Assembly (NCBI GenBank): GCA_963736335.1
Contig: CAVTOC010000006.1
Location: 650,140 to 714,139 of the forward strand
From: an uncultured Actinomycetes bacterium
GTDB taxonomy: Bacteria; Actinomycetota; UBA4738; HRBIN12
Length of the DNA stretch: 64,000 nt
Direction of reading: 5' to 3'
Both the position numbers and the translations under genes were made by a program. The number at the start of each line of letters is the position of its first letter. Position 1 is the first letter of the stretch. This document shows positions 27,072-35,899 of this stretch, one piece after another. The notes beneath the pieces are model-generated. The model was not told the origin of the DNA. It did not search any database and worked only from the letters and a program-made list of their open reading frames with translations.

Positions 27072-28271
27072 ATGGCCAAGATCGTCCTCGACCGCGTGAG
27101 CAAGGTGTTCGGCAGCGACGTGATAGCCGTGAACAACGTCTCGCTCGAGATCGGCGACGGCGAGTTCATGGTGTTGGTGGGTCCTTCCGGTTGCGGGAAG
27201 TCGACGATCCTCCGCATCCTCGCGGGGCTCGAAGAGGTGACGGCGGGCGAGGTCTTCATCGGCGACACGCAGGTGACCGACCTCCCACCGAAGGAACGAG
27301 ACGTCGCGATGGTCTTCCAGAACTACGCGCTCTACCCCCACATGACCGTCGAGCAGAACCTCGGATTCGGCCTGCGACTCCGCAAGACGCCGAAGGACGA
27401 GCTGAAGCGGCGCGTGCAGGACGTCGCGAACATCTTGGGCTTGGACCCGTTGATGGAGCGCAAGCCGGGCGAGCTTTCGGGCGGACAGCGTCAACGCGTC
27501 GCCATGGGTCGCGCCATGGTGCGTGAGCCGCGCGCGTTCCTGATGGACGAGCCGTTGTCGAACCTGGACGCCAAGCTCCGCGTGCAGATGCGCGCACAGC
27601 TCTCGCTCCTCCACGAGCGCCTGGCCACCACGACCGTCTACGTCACGCACGACCAGGTCGAGGCCATGACCTTGGGGCAGCGCGTCGCCGTGCTGAAGGA
27701 CGGCATCCTGCAACAGGTGGACACGCCGCAGAACCTGTACATGCATCCCGCGAACCTGTTCGTCGCGGCGTTCATCGGTTCGCCACCCATGAACCTGGTC
27801 GAGGCGACGGTCTCAGCGGGTCGCATCTCGTTCGCGGGGTACGACATCGCGCTGCCGGAGGGACACGACCTGCCCGAGTATCAAGGCAGGACCGTGATCC
27901 TCGGCATCCGGCCCTCCGACCTGGAGGACCTCGCCGTCTGGCACAGCGAGACCCTGCCGACGATCACCGCGACGGCCGAGGTGACCGAGGAGCTGGGTTC
28001 CGAGGTCAACGTGATCTTCACCATCGACGCACCACCGGTGCTCACCGAGGACACGATCAAGGCCTCGTCGGACGAGGGCGGCGCGGACAACATGTCGCTG
28101 ATAGCGGATGCGAAGCCGCGGGCCCGATTCTGCGCTCGCGTGGACGCCCGGACGCACTGCAAACCAGGGCACGAGATCACCCTGTCGATCGATCCCGCTC
28201 GCTTCCACTTCTTCGACCCGGCGACCGGTGCATCGATCGAAGTGGATCGGGCGGTCACGGCCGGCGTCTGA
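27072..28271 (+). CDS. ABC sugar-transport ATP-binding protein (MsiK/UgpC/MalK-like)
   Basis: Walker [11 protein letters not shown]-loop, signature [10 protein letters not shown], Walker [13 protein letters not shown] MalK-type C-terminal regulatory domain is present. Confidence 0.9.
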   Translation: MAKIVLDRVSKVFGSDVIAVNNVSLEIGDGEFMVLVGPSGCGKSTILRILAGLEEVTAGEVFIGDTQVTDLPPKERDVAMVFQNYALYPHMTVEQNLGFGLRLRKTPKDELKRRVQDVANILGLDPLMERKPGELSGGQRQRVAMGRAMVREPRAFLMDEPLSNLDAKLRVQMRAQLSLLHERLATTTVYVTHDQVEAMTLGQRVAVLKDGILQQVDTPQNLYMHPANLFVAAFIGSPPMNLVEATVSAGRISFAGYDIALPEGHDLPEYQGRTVILGIRPSDLEDLAVWHSETLPTITATAEVTEELGSEVNVIFTIDAPPVLTEDTIKASSDEGGADNMSLIADAKPRARFCARVDARTHCKPGHEITLSIDPARFHFFDPATGASIEVDRAVTAGV

Positions 28272-28307
28272 CGCGGGCCTCGGCCCGGAAGCAGGACTGC
28301 CTCGACG

Positions 28308-29153
28308 ATGACGGCCATCCTCGGCGGGTTCGGCGCCGCCCTGTGCTGGACCGTCGCGATGCTCTGCTCTTCACGAGCGAGCCGAGAGCTGCGCGCGGTG
28401 CCGACACTCGCATGGGTGATGGCCGTCGGGTTCGTCGTCGTTCTGCCGTTCGTCATCCTCGCGGGCTCCCTCCCGACCGGCACGCAGACGCGTTGGCTCC
28501 TGTTCGCGGGAGTGGGCAACGTCGTCGGCCTGGGATGCGAGTACACGGCGGTCCGCACCGGCAAGGTCGGCATCGTGGCCGCGATCGCATCCACGGAAGG
28601 TGCCATCGCCGCCGTGCTCTCCGCGATCGCCGGCGAGCCGCTCTCGGCTGCGGTGGCAGCGGTCCTGGCGTTGATCGCCACCGGGATCGTGCTGGCCTCG
28701 CTCGAACAGAGCCCGGAGATCGGCGAACGCGACCGTTGGGCGACGAAGGCGGTCGTCCTGGCGTTCGGGGCCGCGTTGTCGTTCGGGGTCAGCCTCTACG
28801 CGATCGGTCACGTGAGCGGCGACGTCGAGTTCGCGTGGTTGGTCCTTCCCGCACGGTTGGTGGGAGTGGCGGCGATCACGCTCCCGCTCGCCGTCCGCGG
28901 CGGGCTCCGGATCCCGAAACGTACCGCTCCCTTCGTGCTCGCGGCGGGCGTCGCCGAGGTGATCGGTGTCGCGTCGTTCGCCTGGGGAGCCCGGGACTCG
29001 ATCAGCATCGCGTCGGTGCTGGGATCCCAGTTCGCGGCGATCTCGGCGGTCGGTGCGTACTTCTTCTTCGGCGAACACCTGCGGCGGATACAGATCGTGG
29101 GGATCGTGGGGATCGTCGTGGGCGTGGGGATGCTCGCCGTGCTCCGCACGTAG
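28308..29153 (+). CDS. EamA/DMT-superfamily transporter
   Basis: 281 aa with about 10 hydrophobic helices and an internal two-fold repeat typical of EamA proteins. Confidence 0.75.
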   Translation: MTAILGGFGAALCWTVAMLCSSRASRELRAVPTLAWVMAVGFVVVLPFVILAGSLPTGTQTRWLLFAGVGNVVGLGCEYTAVRTGKVGIVAAIASTEGAIAAVLSAIAGEPLSAAVAAVLALIATGIVLASLEQSPEIGERDRWATKAVVLAFGAALSFGVSLYAIGHVSGDVEFAWLVLPARLVGVAAITLPLAVRGGLRIPKRTAPFVLAAGVAEVIGVASFAWGARDSISIASVLGSQFAAISAVGAYFFFGEHLRRIQIVGIVGIVVGVGMLAVLRT

Positions 29154-29174
29154 GGGACGATCAGCGGGGCGTTC

Positions 29175-30338
29175 TCAGACGCGCGAGATCAACCCGGCGA
29201 GCAGCGCCACCCGGGGCACGACGCTCGTGAGGTCCAGCCATTCCGCCGGCGCGTGGTCGTCGCCTCCCACCGGTCCGAGGCCATCGATCGTCGGTGTACC
29301 GGCAGCGGACGTGGTGTTCGCGTCGGAGGCGCCGCCGGTCGCCGCGTCCTGGAGCTCGAAGCCGAGCTCGCCGGCGACGCCCACGGCGATGTCCACCAAG
29401 CGCGCGGCGCCTTCCTTCTTCTCCATCGGCCGATGCCAGCCGTTCCCGACCACGTGGGTCGTCACGTCCGGGACGACGTGCGCCGCGCAGATACGTTCGA
29501 TCTCGGCCTCCGCCGCCTGGAGGGTCTCAAGTTCCGGAGAGCGGAGGTCCACCTGGAGCTCGCACCGCTCAGCGACGACGTTGGTCCGCGTCCCGCCGTG
29601 AACGACGCCGACGTTCACCGTGACCCCGGGCCAACGGCCGTTGAGTCCCTGCAGCGCGATGATCGCGTGGGCGGCCTCGAGGACCGCGTTGCGGCCCTTC
29701 TCGGGCTCGACCCCGGCGTGCGCCGCGCGGCCCGCGATCGTGATCCGGTAGTCGGTGATCCCCTTCCGCGCGGAGACGATGTCGCCGTTGGCGCGAGCAC
29801 CTTCGAGCACGAACGCCGCATCGTGCTGCGGTGCCAGTTCGCGGATGATGGGGCCGGAGTACGGCGAGCCGATCTCCTCATCGGGGTTGCAGACGTACGT
29901 GATGGTGCCGAAGGCATCGAACCCCGCCTCTTGCAGCACCTCGCTCGCGACGAACCCCGTCAGCAACCCGCCTTTCATGTCCGAGACCCCGGGACCCCGG
30001 GCGATATCGCCGTCGATCCGGAACGGCCGTTCGGCCACCGTTCCCTCATCGAACACGGTGTCCATGTGGCCGACCAGCAGCACGTTGGGACCGCCGGCCC
30101 CGCGGAGGCGGCCGATCACGAGGTCGCCCAACTGCGACGCATCTCCGTCGCCCGCCCGGTGAGGCCGACGCTCGACGTCCCAGCCGCTCGCGCGGAACCG
30201 CGCTTCGCACATGTCGGCGATCGCGTTGACGCCCGCCGGCGTGTAGGAGCCACAGTCGACGTTCACCATCGCTTCCAGCGCAGACACGAACTCGCCGAAG
30301 CGGCGCGCCGCGATGTCGCGTAGGGTCCCTGCGTCCAC
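29175..30338 (-). CDS. M20-family metallopeptidase (carboxypeptidase G2-like)
   Basis: LLVGHMDTVFDEGT, NPDEEIGSP, GRAAHAG. The start was set at GTG 30338 (VDAGTLRDIAARRFGEFVSALEAMVNVDCGSY) because the longer track ORF overlaps the divergent ADH gene. Confidence 0.8.
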   Translation of the reverse strand: MDAGTLRDIAARRFGEFVSALEAMVNVDCGSYTPAGVNAIADMCEARFRASGWDVERRPHRAGDGDASQLGDLVIGRLRGAGGPNVLLVGHMDTVFDEGTVAERPFRIDGDIARGPGVSDMKGGLLTGFVASEVLQEAGFDAFGTITYVCNPDEEIGSPYSGPIIRELAPQHDAAFVLEGARANGDIVSARKGITDYRITIAGRAAHAGVEPEKGRNAVLEAAHAIIALQGLNGRWPGVTVNVGVVHGGTRTNVVAERCELQVDLRSPELETLQAAEAEIERICAAHVVPDVTTHVVGNGWHRPMEKKEGAARLVDIAVGVAGELGFELQDAATGGASDANTTSAAGTPTIDGLGPVGGDDHAPAEWLDLTSVVPRVALLAGLISRV

Positions 30339-30345
30339 GCGGGGC

Positions 30346-30351
30346 AGTATA
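30346..30351 (-). promoter_or_regulatory. TATACT -10-like box 7 nt upstream of the M20 GTG (leaderless-type arrangement)
   Basis: The minus strand reads CCCTATACTGCCCCGCGTG. No SD-like sequence lies between the box and the start. Confidence 0.3.
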
Positions 30352-30383
30352 GGGAGCCCCACCGCATCGGCCGAGGGAGCAAC

Positions 30384-31514
30384 ATGGTCACGGAAGCGTT
30401 GGGAGCGATCGTCGACGAGGCGGGAGGCCGGATCATCGTCGAACCCATCGAGGTCGACGACCCGCACGCCGGCGAGGTTCAGGTACGGATCGTGGCGAGC
30501 GGCGTGTGTCACAGCGACCTCTGGGCGAGGGACAACGGGAACTGGGGCATGCCGTTCCCCATGCTGCTCGGCCACGAGGGCGCGGGGATCGTGGAACGGA
30601 CCGGCGCCGGCGTCGATGGGTTGCGGGTCGGAGACCGCGTCGTCCTGTCGTGGGCCGTCCCCTGCGGAACGTGCCGGTCATGCATCCGCGGGGAGCCCAG
30701 GCGATGTTCGCACGCGTGGACCCAGCCGCCGCGGCTCCGGCGAAGGAGCGACGGAGCTCCGCTTTCGGGCGTCCTCGCGTGCGGCACGCTCGCGACCAGG
30801 ACCGTTGTCCACGCCGCGCTCGCCATCCCGCTCCCCGACGGCATCCCGCTCGACAAAGCGTGCCTCCTCGGATGCGGCGTCTCTACCGGCGTCGGGGCGG
30901 CGATCCAGACGGCAAAGGTCTGGCCGGGGGCGACCGTCGCCGTGATCGGGCTCGGAGGCATCGGGCTCGCCGCGATGCAGGGAGCGAGGATCGCGGGCGC
31001 GGAGCGTCTGATCGCGATCGACATCGCGTCCGCCAAGCTCGGGTGGGCCGCCACGTTCGGCGCGACGGACGTCGTCGATGCCTCGTCGGTCGACCCGGTC
31101 GAAGCGGTGCTCGACCTGACAGGCCGGGCAGGGGTCGACTTCGCATTCGAGGCGACCGGGATCCCGGCGTGCGTCGGTCAGGCCGTGGAGATGCTCGCGT
31201 ACGCCGGAACGGCGGTCGCGATCGGCGTTCCCCCCGTCCCGAGCGAGGTCGTCCTGCCGTGGGGCGGCTCCGAACGCGCGGCGTATCCCCACAAGGCCAG
31301 CCTGCTCATCACGGACGGCGGGGACCCGATCCCCGCCGTGGACTTCCCGCAGATGGCCGATTGGTACCTGGACGGACGACTCGATCTCGACGACATGGTG
31401 ACCCGAACGCTCGGTCTCGACGAGCTCGACGAGGCGTTCCGGGCCATGCTCGCCGGCGAGGTCATCCGATCCGTCGTGCGGTTCGACGCCGAAGGAACCC
31501 GCGGCGGCGAGTAG
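30384..31514 (+). CDS. Zinc-dependent alcohol dehydrogenase (class III / formaldehyde-dehydrogenase-like)
   Basis: GVCHSDLW, GHEGAGIVE, structural-zinc motif CGTCRSCIRGEPRRC, GLGGIGLAA. GAGGGA lies upstream of the ATG. Confidence 0.85.
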   Translation: MVTEALGAIVDEAGGRIIVEPIEVDDPHAGEVQVRIVASGVCHSDLWARDNGNWGMPFPMLLGHEGAGIVERTGAGVDGLRVGDRVVLSWAVPCGTCRSCIRGEPRRCSHAWTQPPRLRRRSDGAPLSGVLACGTLATRTVVHAALAIPLPDGIPLDKACLLGCGVSTGVGAAIQTAKVWPGATVAVIGLGGIGLAAMQGARIAGAERLIAIDIASAKLGWAATFGATDVVDASSVDPVEAVLDLTGRAGVDFAFEATGIPACVGQAVEMLAYAGTAVAIGVPPVPSEVVLPWGGSERAAYPHKASLLITDGGDPIPAVDFPQMADWYLDGRLDLDDMVTRTLGLDELDEAFRAMLAGEVIRSVVRFDAEGTRGGE

Positions 31515-31525
31515 CATCCGCCGAC

Positions 31526-32197
31526 ATGCACACCTCGGAGCTGAACGGCTGGTGGAAGATCGTTTCGGCCGTCTCGAACTTCTTCATGCGTGTGACCTTC
31601 CGGGTCCACGTCGAGGGAGCCTGGCATGTGCCTTCGCAGGGACCCGCGATCGTCGCGTTCAACCATGTGAGCGTCATCGACGGACCGGCCGTCGCGATCG
31701 TCGTCGCCAGGAAGCGGCGTCGCGAATCGCGATTCCTTGTCGCCGCGGAGGTGTTCCACCAGCGCGTGGCAGGCTGGATCCTCCGGTCGTTCGATCAGAT
31801 CCCGATCCGGCGTGGGCAGGGCGACTCCGGCGCCCTCGACGAGGCGGTCCGAACGATCGCAGCCGGTGCTATCGCCGCGATCGCGCCCGAGGGACGCGTC
31901 AACGACGACGGGGCCACAGAGATGCTGCGGTTCCACCGCGGGGTCGCGCGTCTGGCGCTCGCGACGAAGGCTCCGGTGATCCCGGTGGGGATCTGGGGCT
32001 CACAGGTGCGGTGGCCGAAGAGCGGCCGCCGCTACGGCCCGCCGTGGCGCCCGCGGCTCGCGTTCGTCTTCGGCGACGTCGTCGCCCCCGAAGGCGATCC
32101 GTCGGATGCCGATGACCTCGCGGCGTTCACCCAACGCGTCCGCGAGGCGATCGAGGTGCACGTCACCGAGGCACGCATCATCACGCAGAGGCGATGA
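31526..32197 (+). CDS. plsC: 1-acyl-sn-glycerol-3-phosphate acyltransferase family protein
   Basis: HxxxxD motif NHVSVIDG; FDQIPIRRG; APEGRV. This is the last 223 codons of track ORF 30506-32197. Confidence 0.8.
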   Translation: MHTSELNGWWKIVSAVSNFFMRVTFRVHVEGAWHVPSQGPAIVAFNHVSVIDGPAVAIVVARKRRRESRFLVAAEVFHQRVAGWILRSFDQIPIRRGQGDSGALDEAVRTIAAGAIAAIAPEGRVNDDGATEMLRFHRGVARLALATKAPVIPVGIWGSQVRWPKSGRRYGPPWRPRLAFVFGDVVAPEGDPSDADDLAAFTQRVREAIEVHVTEARIITQRR

Positions 32198-32228
32198 GGC
32201 GGTCCGAGCATCCTGACGTGGAACGCAC

Positions 32229-32257
32229 GAAGGGCCGGCCCTGCGGGCCGGCCCTTC
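32229..32257. terminator. Bidirectional terminator-like hairpin between convergent plsC and the sigma gene
   Basis: GAAGGGCCGGCCC-TGC-GGGCCGGCCCTTC, a 13-bp perfect stem. No U-tract. Confidence 0.6.
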
Positions 32258-32278
32258 GAGGTTCTCGAAGCCGGGGAT

Positions 32279-33211
32279 TCAGCCCAGCGCCACCGCGCTG
32301 ATCAGGTTGGAGTCGCGGAGCTTTCGCAGCGCTTCTCGCTCGATCAGCCGGACGCGCTCCCCGGACAGCCCGAGCACCTTCCCGGTCTCGCGGAGCGACA
32401 GCGGCTGCCCGTTCTCCAGCCCGTAGCGCAGGGCCACCACGTGGCGCTCGCGCTCGTCCAGCACGCGGTCGACCGCATCGCCGATCTCCTCGCGGAGCAG
32501 TGCGTCCTCGACCTCGTTGAAGGCGGCGTCGGAGTCGACCTCCTCGATCAGGTCGCCGAGCTCGGTGTCCTCGCCCACGGGCGATTGCAGGGACAGCGGC
32601 TCGCGGCGGCCCATCTCGGTGAGGTCGTCGATCTCCTCGACCGTGGTATCGAGCGCCTTGGCCAGCTCCTCGCGGCTCGGCTCGCGACCCATCGACTGGG
32701 CGAACTGGAACCGTGTGCGGTTCAGCTTGCGCAGCCGGTCGTGGATGTGGACCGGAAGGCGGATCGAACGCGAGCGATCGGCGATCGCACGCGTGATGCC
32801 CTGGCGGATCCACCACGTGGCGTAGGTCGAGAACTTGAACCCACGGCGCCAGTCGAACAGCTCGACCGCGCGCATCAGTCCGATGTTGCCTTCCTGGATC
32901 AGGTCGAGCAGCGGCAGCCCCTGGCCCTGGTACTTGCGGGCCACGGACACCACGAGTCGAAGGTTGGCCATGATGAATCGCTGGCGGGCCGCCTCGGCAT
33001 CTCGGACGTCGCGGCGGGCCTTCGCGATGCTCTTCTCGGAACGCAGTCGACCGGCCCGGAGGCGATCCTCGGCCTCCTTGCCCGCTTCGATGGTCATGGC
33101 GAGCTCGACCTCTTCCTCCTTGGTCAGCAGCGGCTCGCGGGCCGCCGCCTCGAGGTACAGGCGAAGATCGTCTGCGTCGTCGGTCCCTAGGGGACGCGCT
33201 GGTTCCGGCAC
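32279..33211 (-). CDS. Sigma-70-family RNA polymerase sigma factor, principal-like (group 2 type)
   Basis: Region 2 [65 protein letters not shown]. Region 4 [29 protein letters not shown]. No long region 1.1. GTG at 33211 with GGAGGAG upstream. Confidence 0.9.
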   Translation of the reverse strand: MPEPARPLGTDDADDLRLYLEAAAREPLLTKEEEVELAMTIEAGKEAEDRLRAGRLRSEKSIAKARRDVRDAEAARQRFIMANLRLVVSVARKYQGQGLPLLDLIQEGNIGLMRAVELFDWRRGFKFSTYATWWIRQGITRAIADRSRSIRLPVHIHDRLRKLNRTRFQFAQSMGREPSREELAKALDTTVEEIDDLTEMGRREPLSLQSPVGEDTELGDLIEEVDSDAAFNEVEDALLREEIGDAVDRVLDERERHVVALRYGLENGQPLSLRETGKVLGLSGERVRLIEREALRKLRDSNLISAVALG

Positions 33212-33345
33212 TTCGTATCACGCTCCTCCTCGAGGCCGGGTTGTCGCTGGAAGCAACCGAACCGGTCCTCGGGAACTCGGTAACTCAGGGGGGCCACCGG
33301 AAGGCAGGCGCGCGGAAAAAGACGCCTTGGCAGCCGCTCGAAGGT

Positions 33346-33374
33346 ATGGTAATGCGTCTTGGTGGCATATGTAA
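33346..33374 (-). promoter_or_regulatory. Candidate sigma-70-type promoter for the sigma gene
   Basis: The minus strand reads TTACAT-N17-TACCAT inside the only AT-rich patch of the 365-bp intergenic region. Confidence 0.3.
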
Positions 33375-33576
33375 AGCCAGCGGGGTGTGAACGTATTGTG
33401 ATAACCGTTGGGAAGCGGCTCCGTTGACCCCTGAAGGTCCCCCACCGCTACCGCCACCTCCTGGGTCGCCCGCCTGGGCGTCCTTCCCGTGAAACGCTCT
33501 TGAGTGTGCAGATGTTCCACGTCCAGCCTCTCCTCCCGACGCAAGGTGAACGAGCGTCCCGGGTAGGCTCTCGACC

Positions 33577-34467
33577 GTGAGCCTCGACCTTCCCGAGCTC
33601 GCGACCATCGACCTGGAGGGACCGGTGCGGTACCGGGCGTGGGATGGTCCGGGCGACACGACGTTCGTGTTGATCCACGGTCTCGGTGGTTCGCACCTCA
33701 ACTGGCTCCAGGTCGCCCCGGGACTCGCCGGGCTCGGCCGGGTCCTGGCGCTCGACCTGCCGGGGTTCGGCTCGTCGCTCCGACTCGGTCGCGGATCCGG
33801 CGTGATGGACGAACGGCGGATCGTCTCGCGGTTCATCTCGGAGCTCGGGACCGGGAGCGTGGTGCTCTCAGGACACTCCATGGGGGGCGTGATCGCCATC
33901 CTGCAAGCGGCCGTCGAGCCTGCCTCGACCGCCGGACTGGTGCTGACCTCGTCCGCACTGCCGTGGTCCAGAGGCGGCCTCCCCCATCCCGCCGTCATCG
34001 GGGCATTCGCGCTGTACGACACGCCGGGTGTCGGGGACCGGTTCGCGCGGATCCGTATGAGCCGGATGGATCCGGAACAGGTCGTGCGATTCGGATACCG
34101 GATGGTTGCAACCGATCCGTCATCGATCCCGGACGAGATCGTGCGGATGAGCGTGGACCTGGTCCGGGAACGCCAGCGCGATCCCGACGCACCCGACGCC
34201 TTCCTCGACGCCGCGCGGTCGATGCTCCGGTTGGGGAAGCGACCCGACGTGTCGGCGCGAGCCCTGGACGCCATCGCCTGCCCCGTCCTCGTGCTTCACG
34301 GCCGGCGCGATCGATTCGTGCCGGCTGCCTTCGCCGAAGCAGTGCTGGCCGCTCACCCGTCCTGGCGCGGACGCATCTTCCCGGGCATCGGTCACGCGCC
34401 GCAGATGGAAGCCCCCGGTCGCTGGCTGGCCGAGGTCGCCGACTGGTATGCCGAGGCGGTGCGTTAG
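33577..34467 (+). CDS. Alpha/beta-fold hydrolase
   Basis: FVLIHGLGGSHLNW, nucleophile elbow GHSMGG, and a C-terminal GHAPQME. Confidence 0.85.
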   Translation: MSLDLPELATIDLEGPVRYRAWDGPGDTTFVLIHGLGGSHLNWLQVAPGLAGLGRVLALDLPGFGSSLRLGRGSGVMDERRIVSRFISELGTGSVVLSGHSMGGVIAILQAAVEPASTAGLVLTSSALPWSRGGLPHPAVIGAFALYDTPGVGDRFARIRMSRMDPEQVVRFGYRMVATDPSSIPDEIVRMSVDLVRERQRDPDAPDAFLDAARSMLRLGKRPDVSARALDAIACPVLVLHGRRDRFVPAAFAEAVLAAHPSWRGRIFPGIGHAPQMEAPGRWLAEVADWYAEAVR

Positions 34468-35861
34468 GTCGACGGCCTGGTCGTCGACCGGGCGTCGGAC
34501 AGCTCGTTCAGGGATCGTTCGATGCCTCGAGCGAGCACGTCGATGTCCGGCAGCGCGTCCCAATCGGCGGTCAGTCCGAACGCCATGGTTCCGCCGAGGC
34601 TGGTGCACGCGATGGACAAGGCGCAGTTCTCGCCGAGCGGCATCGCTGGGTAGCTCGCCACCAACCGGGCACCTGCCAGGTACATGGGCACCTGCGGCGC
34701 GGGGATATTGGACACGACGAGGTTGAACCACCGGTTGCGCGACGCGAGTCGGGCGGCCATGGCGTGCAGAGCCGGCGGCGCATAGGCGCCGAGCCCGATG
34801 ATCGAGTCCGCGCTCACCGCCATCGCCGAGCTCTTCAACGCCGCGGTGGCGGCGCGCACCCGCTTCAGCCGGGTCGCCGGCTTCATCATGCCCACCGGGA
34901 TGTCCACGAACGCGGGGGCGACGCGGTTCCCCACGTCACCCTGTTCGGCCTTCGAACGAACGGACACCGGCACCATCACGCGGAGCACACGGCCGCGGGT
35001 CGACTCGCCGCGCGCATCCAGCAGGTCGTGAAGCCCGCCGCCGACCGCTGCGAGCACGATGTCGTTGATGGTCCCGCTGAGCGCACGCTTGACGCCGTGC
35101 ACGAGCTCGAACGGCGCTTCGGCCGTGGCGAATCGCCGATTGGGGCCTACCCGGACGTCGAACGGCCCCTGCGGCGGGTTGCCCATCCCGACGATGGAGC
35201 GGAGTCCGTCGAGCGTTTGACCGACAACGGCTGCGGCGTGCGCAGGCGCCTGCGCGACGCGGACCAGCGCCTCCATCGGGTGCAGCACGAGGTCCTGCAC
35301 CGCCTCGGCTGCGAGCTCCGCCGTGCTGGGGATGGGTTCGGGAACCCACGGCTCCTTGGGCGGCGGACCGAGGTCCGAGTCGGGCGACAGATCGAACAAC
35401 GCCGATGCGATCAACATCCCTGAGATCCCGTCCGCCAACGCATGATGCATCTTGAGGAGGACCGCGCTTCGACCGTGCTCGAGCCCTTCGAAGACGTAGA
35501 GCTCCCACAGCGGCTTGCTGCGATCCAGTGGGCGAGACAGGACCCGACCCACCACACGCTCCAGTTGGAGCCGGCCTCCCGGCTGGGGGATCGCCGCTCG
35601 CCGGAGGTGGAAGTCCAGGTCGAACCGATCGTCGTCGACCCAGAGCGGCCGGGTGAGACCGGCGGGCAGGCTGAGGACGCGCTGTCGCAGGCGCGGTGCG
35701 AGGTGCAGGCGCGCCGTCGCGACACGGGCGACATCCTCGTACGTGAGGGGACCGTCCTCCCGAGGCGCGAACACGGACACGCCCGCGACGTGCATGTGCA
35801 TGGCGGGGCGCTCGAGATACAGGAAGCTCGCATCGAGGCTGGAGAGGCGTTCGGGTGGCAT
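34464..35861 (-). CDS. Wax ester synthase / diacylglycerol acyltransferase (WS/DGAT)
   Basis: LSSLDASFLYLE and the catalytic motif HHALADGISG. 465 aa. Confidence 0.9.
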   Translation of the reverse strand: MPPERLSSLDASFLYLERPAMHMHVAGVSVFAPREDGPLTYEDVARVATARLHLAPRLRQRVLSLPAGLTRPLWVDDDRFDLDFHLRRAAIPQPGGRLQLERVVGRVLSRPLDRSKPLWELYVFEGLEHGRSAVLLKMHHALADGISGMLIASALFDLSPDSDLGPPPKEPWVPEPIPSTAELAAEAVQDLVLHPMEALVRVAQAPAHAAAVVGQTLDGLRSIVGMGNPPQGPFDVRVGPNRRFATAEAPFELVHGVKRALSGTINDIVLAAVGGGLHDLLDARGESTRGRVLRVMVPVSVRSKAEQGDVGNRVAPAFVDIPVGMMKPATRLKRVRAATAALKSSAMAVSADSIIGLGAYAPPALHAMAARLASRNRWFNLVVSNIPAPQVPMYLAGARLVASYPAMPLGENCALSIACTSLGGTMAFGLTADWDALPDIDVLARGIERSLNELSDARSTTRPST

Positions 35862-35899
35862 CAGAACCCCACGGTACCGAAGTGCTAGGGTCCCGGCCG

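Noticed and set aside
24518-27746. 545-aa and 708-aa minus-strand ORFs over the SIS / deacetylase / kinase / msiK genes
   Set aside because: They are antisense shadows. The plus-strand genes have start/stop coupling and clear motifs.
34464-34467. 4-bp overlaps of convergent stop codons (TTAG at 34464-34467; also at 56434-56437)
   Set aside because: This is real but trivial, a common compaction in GC-rich genomes. No regulatory inference can be drawn.
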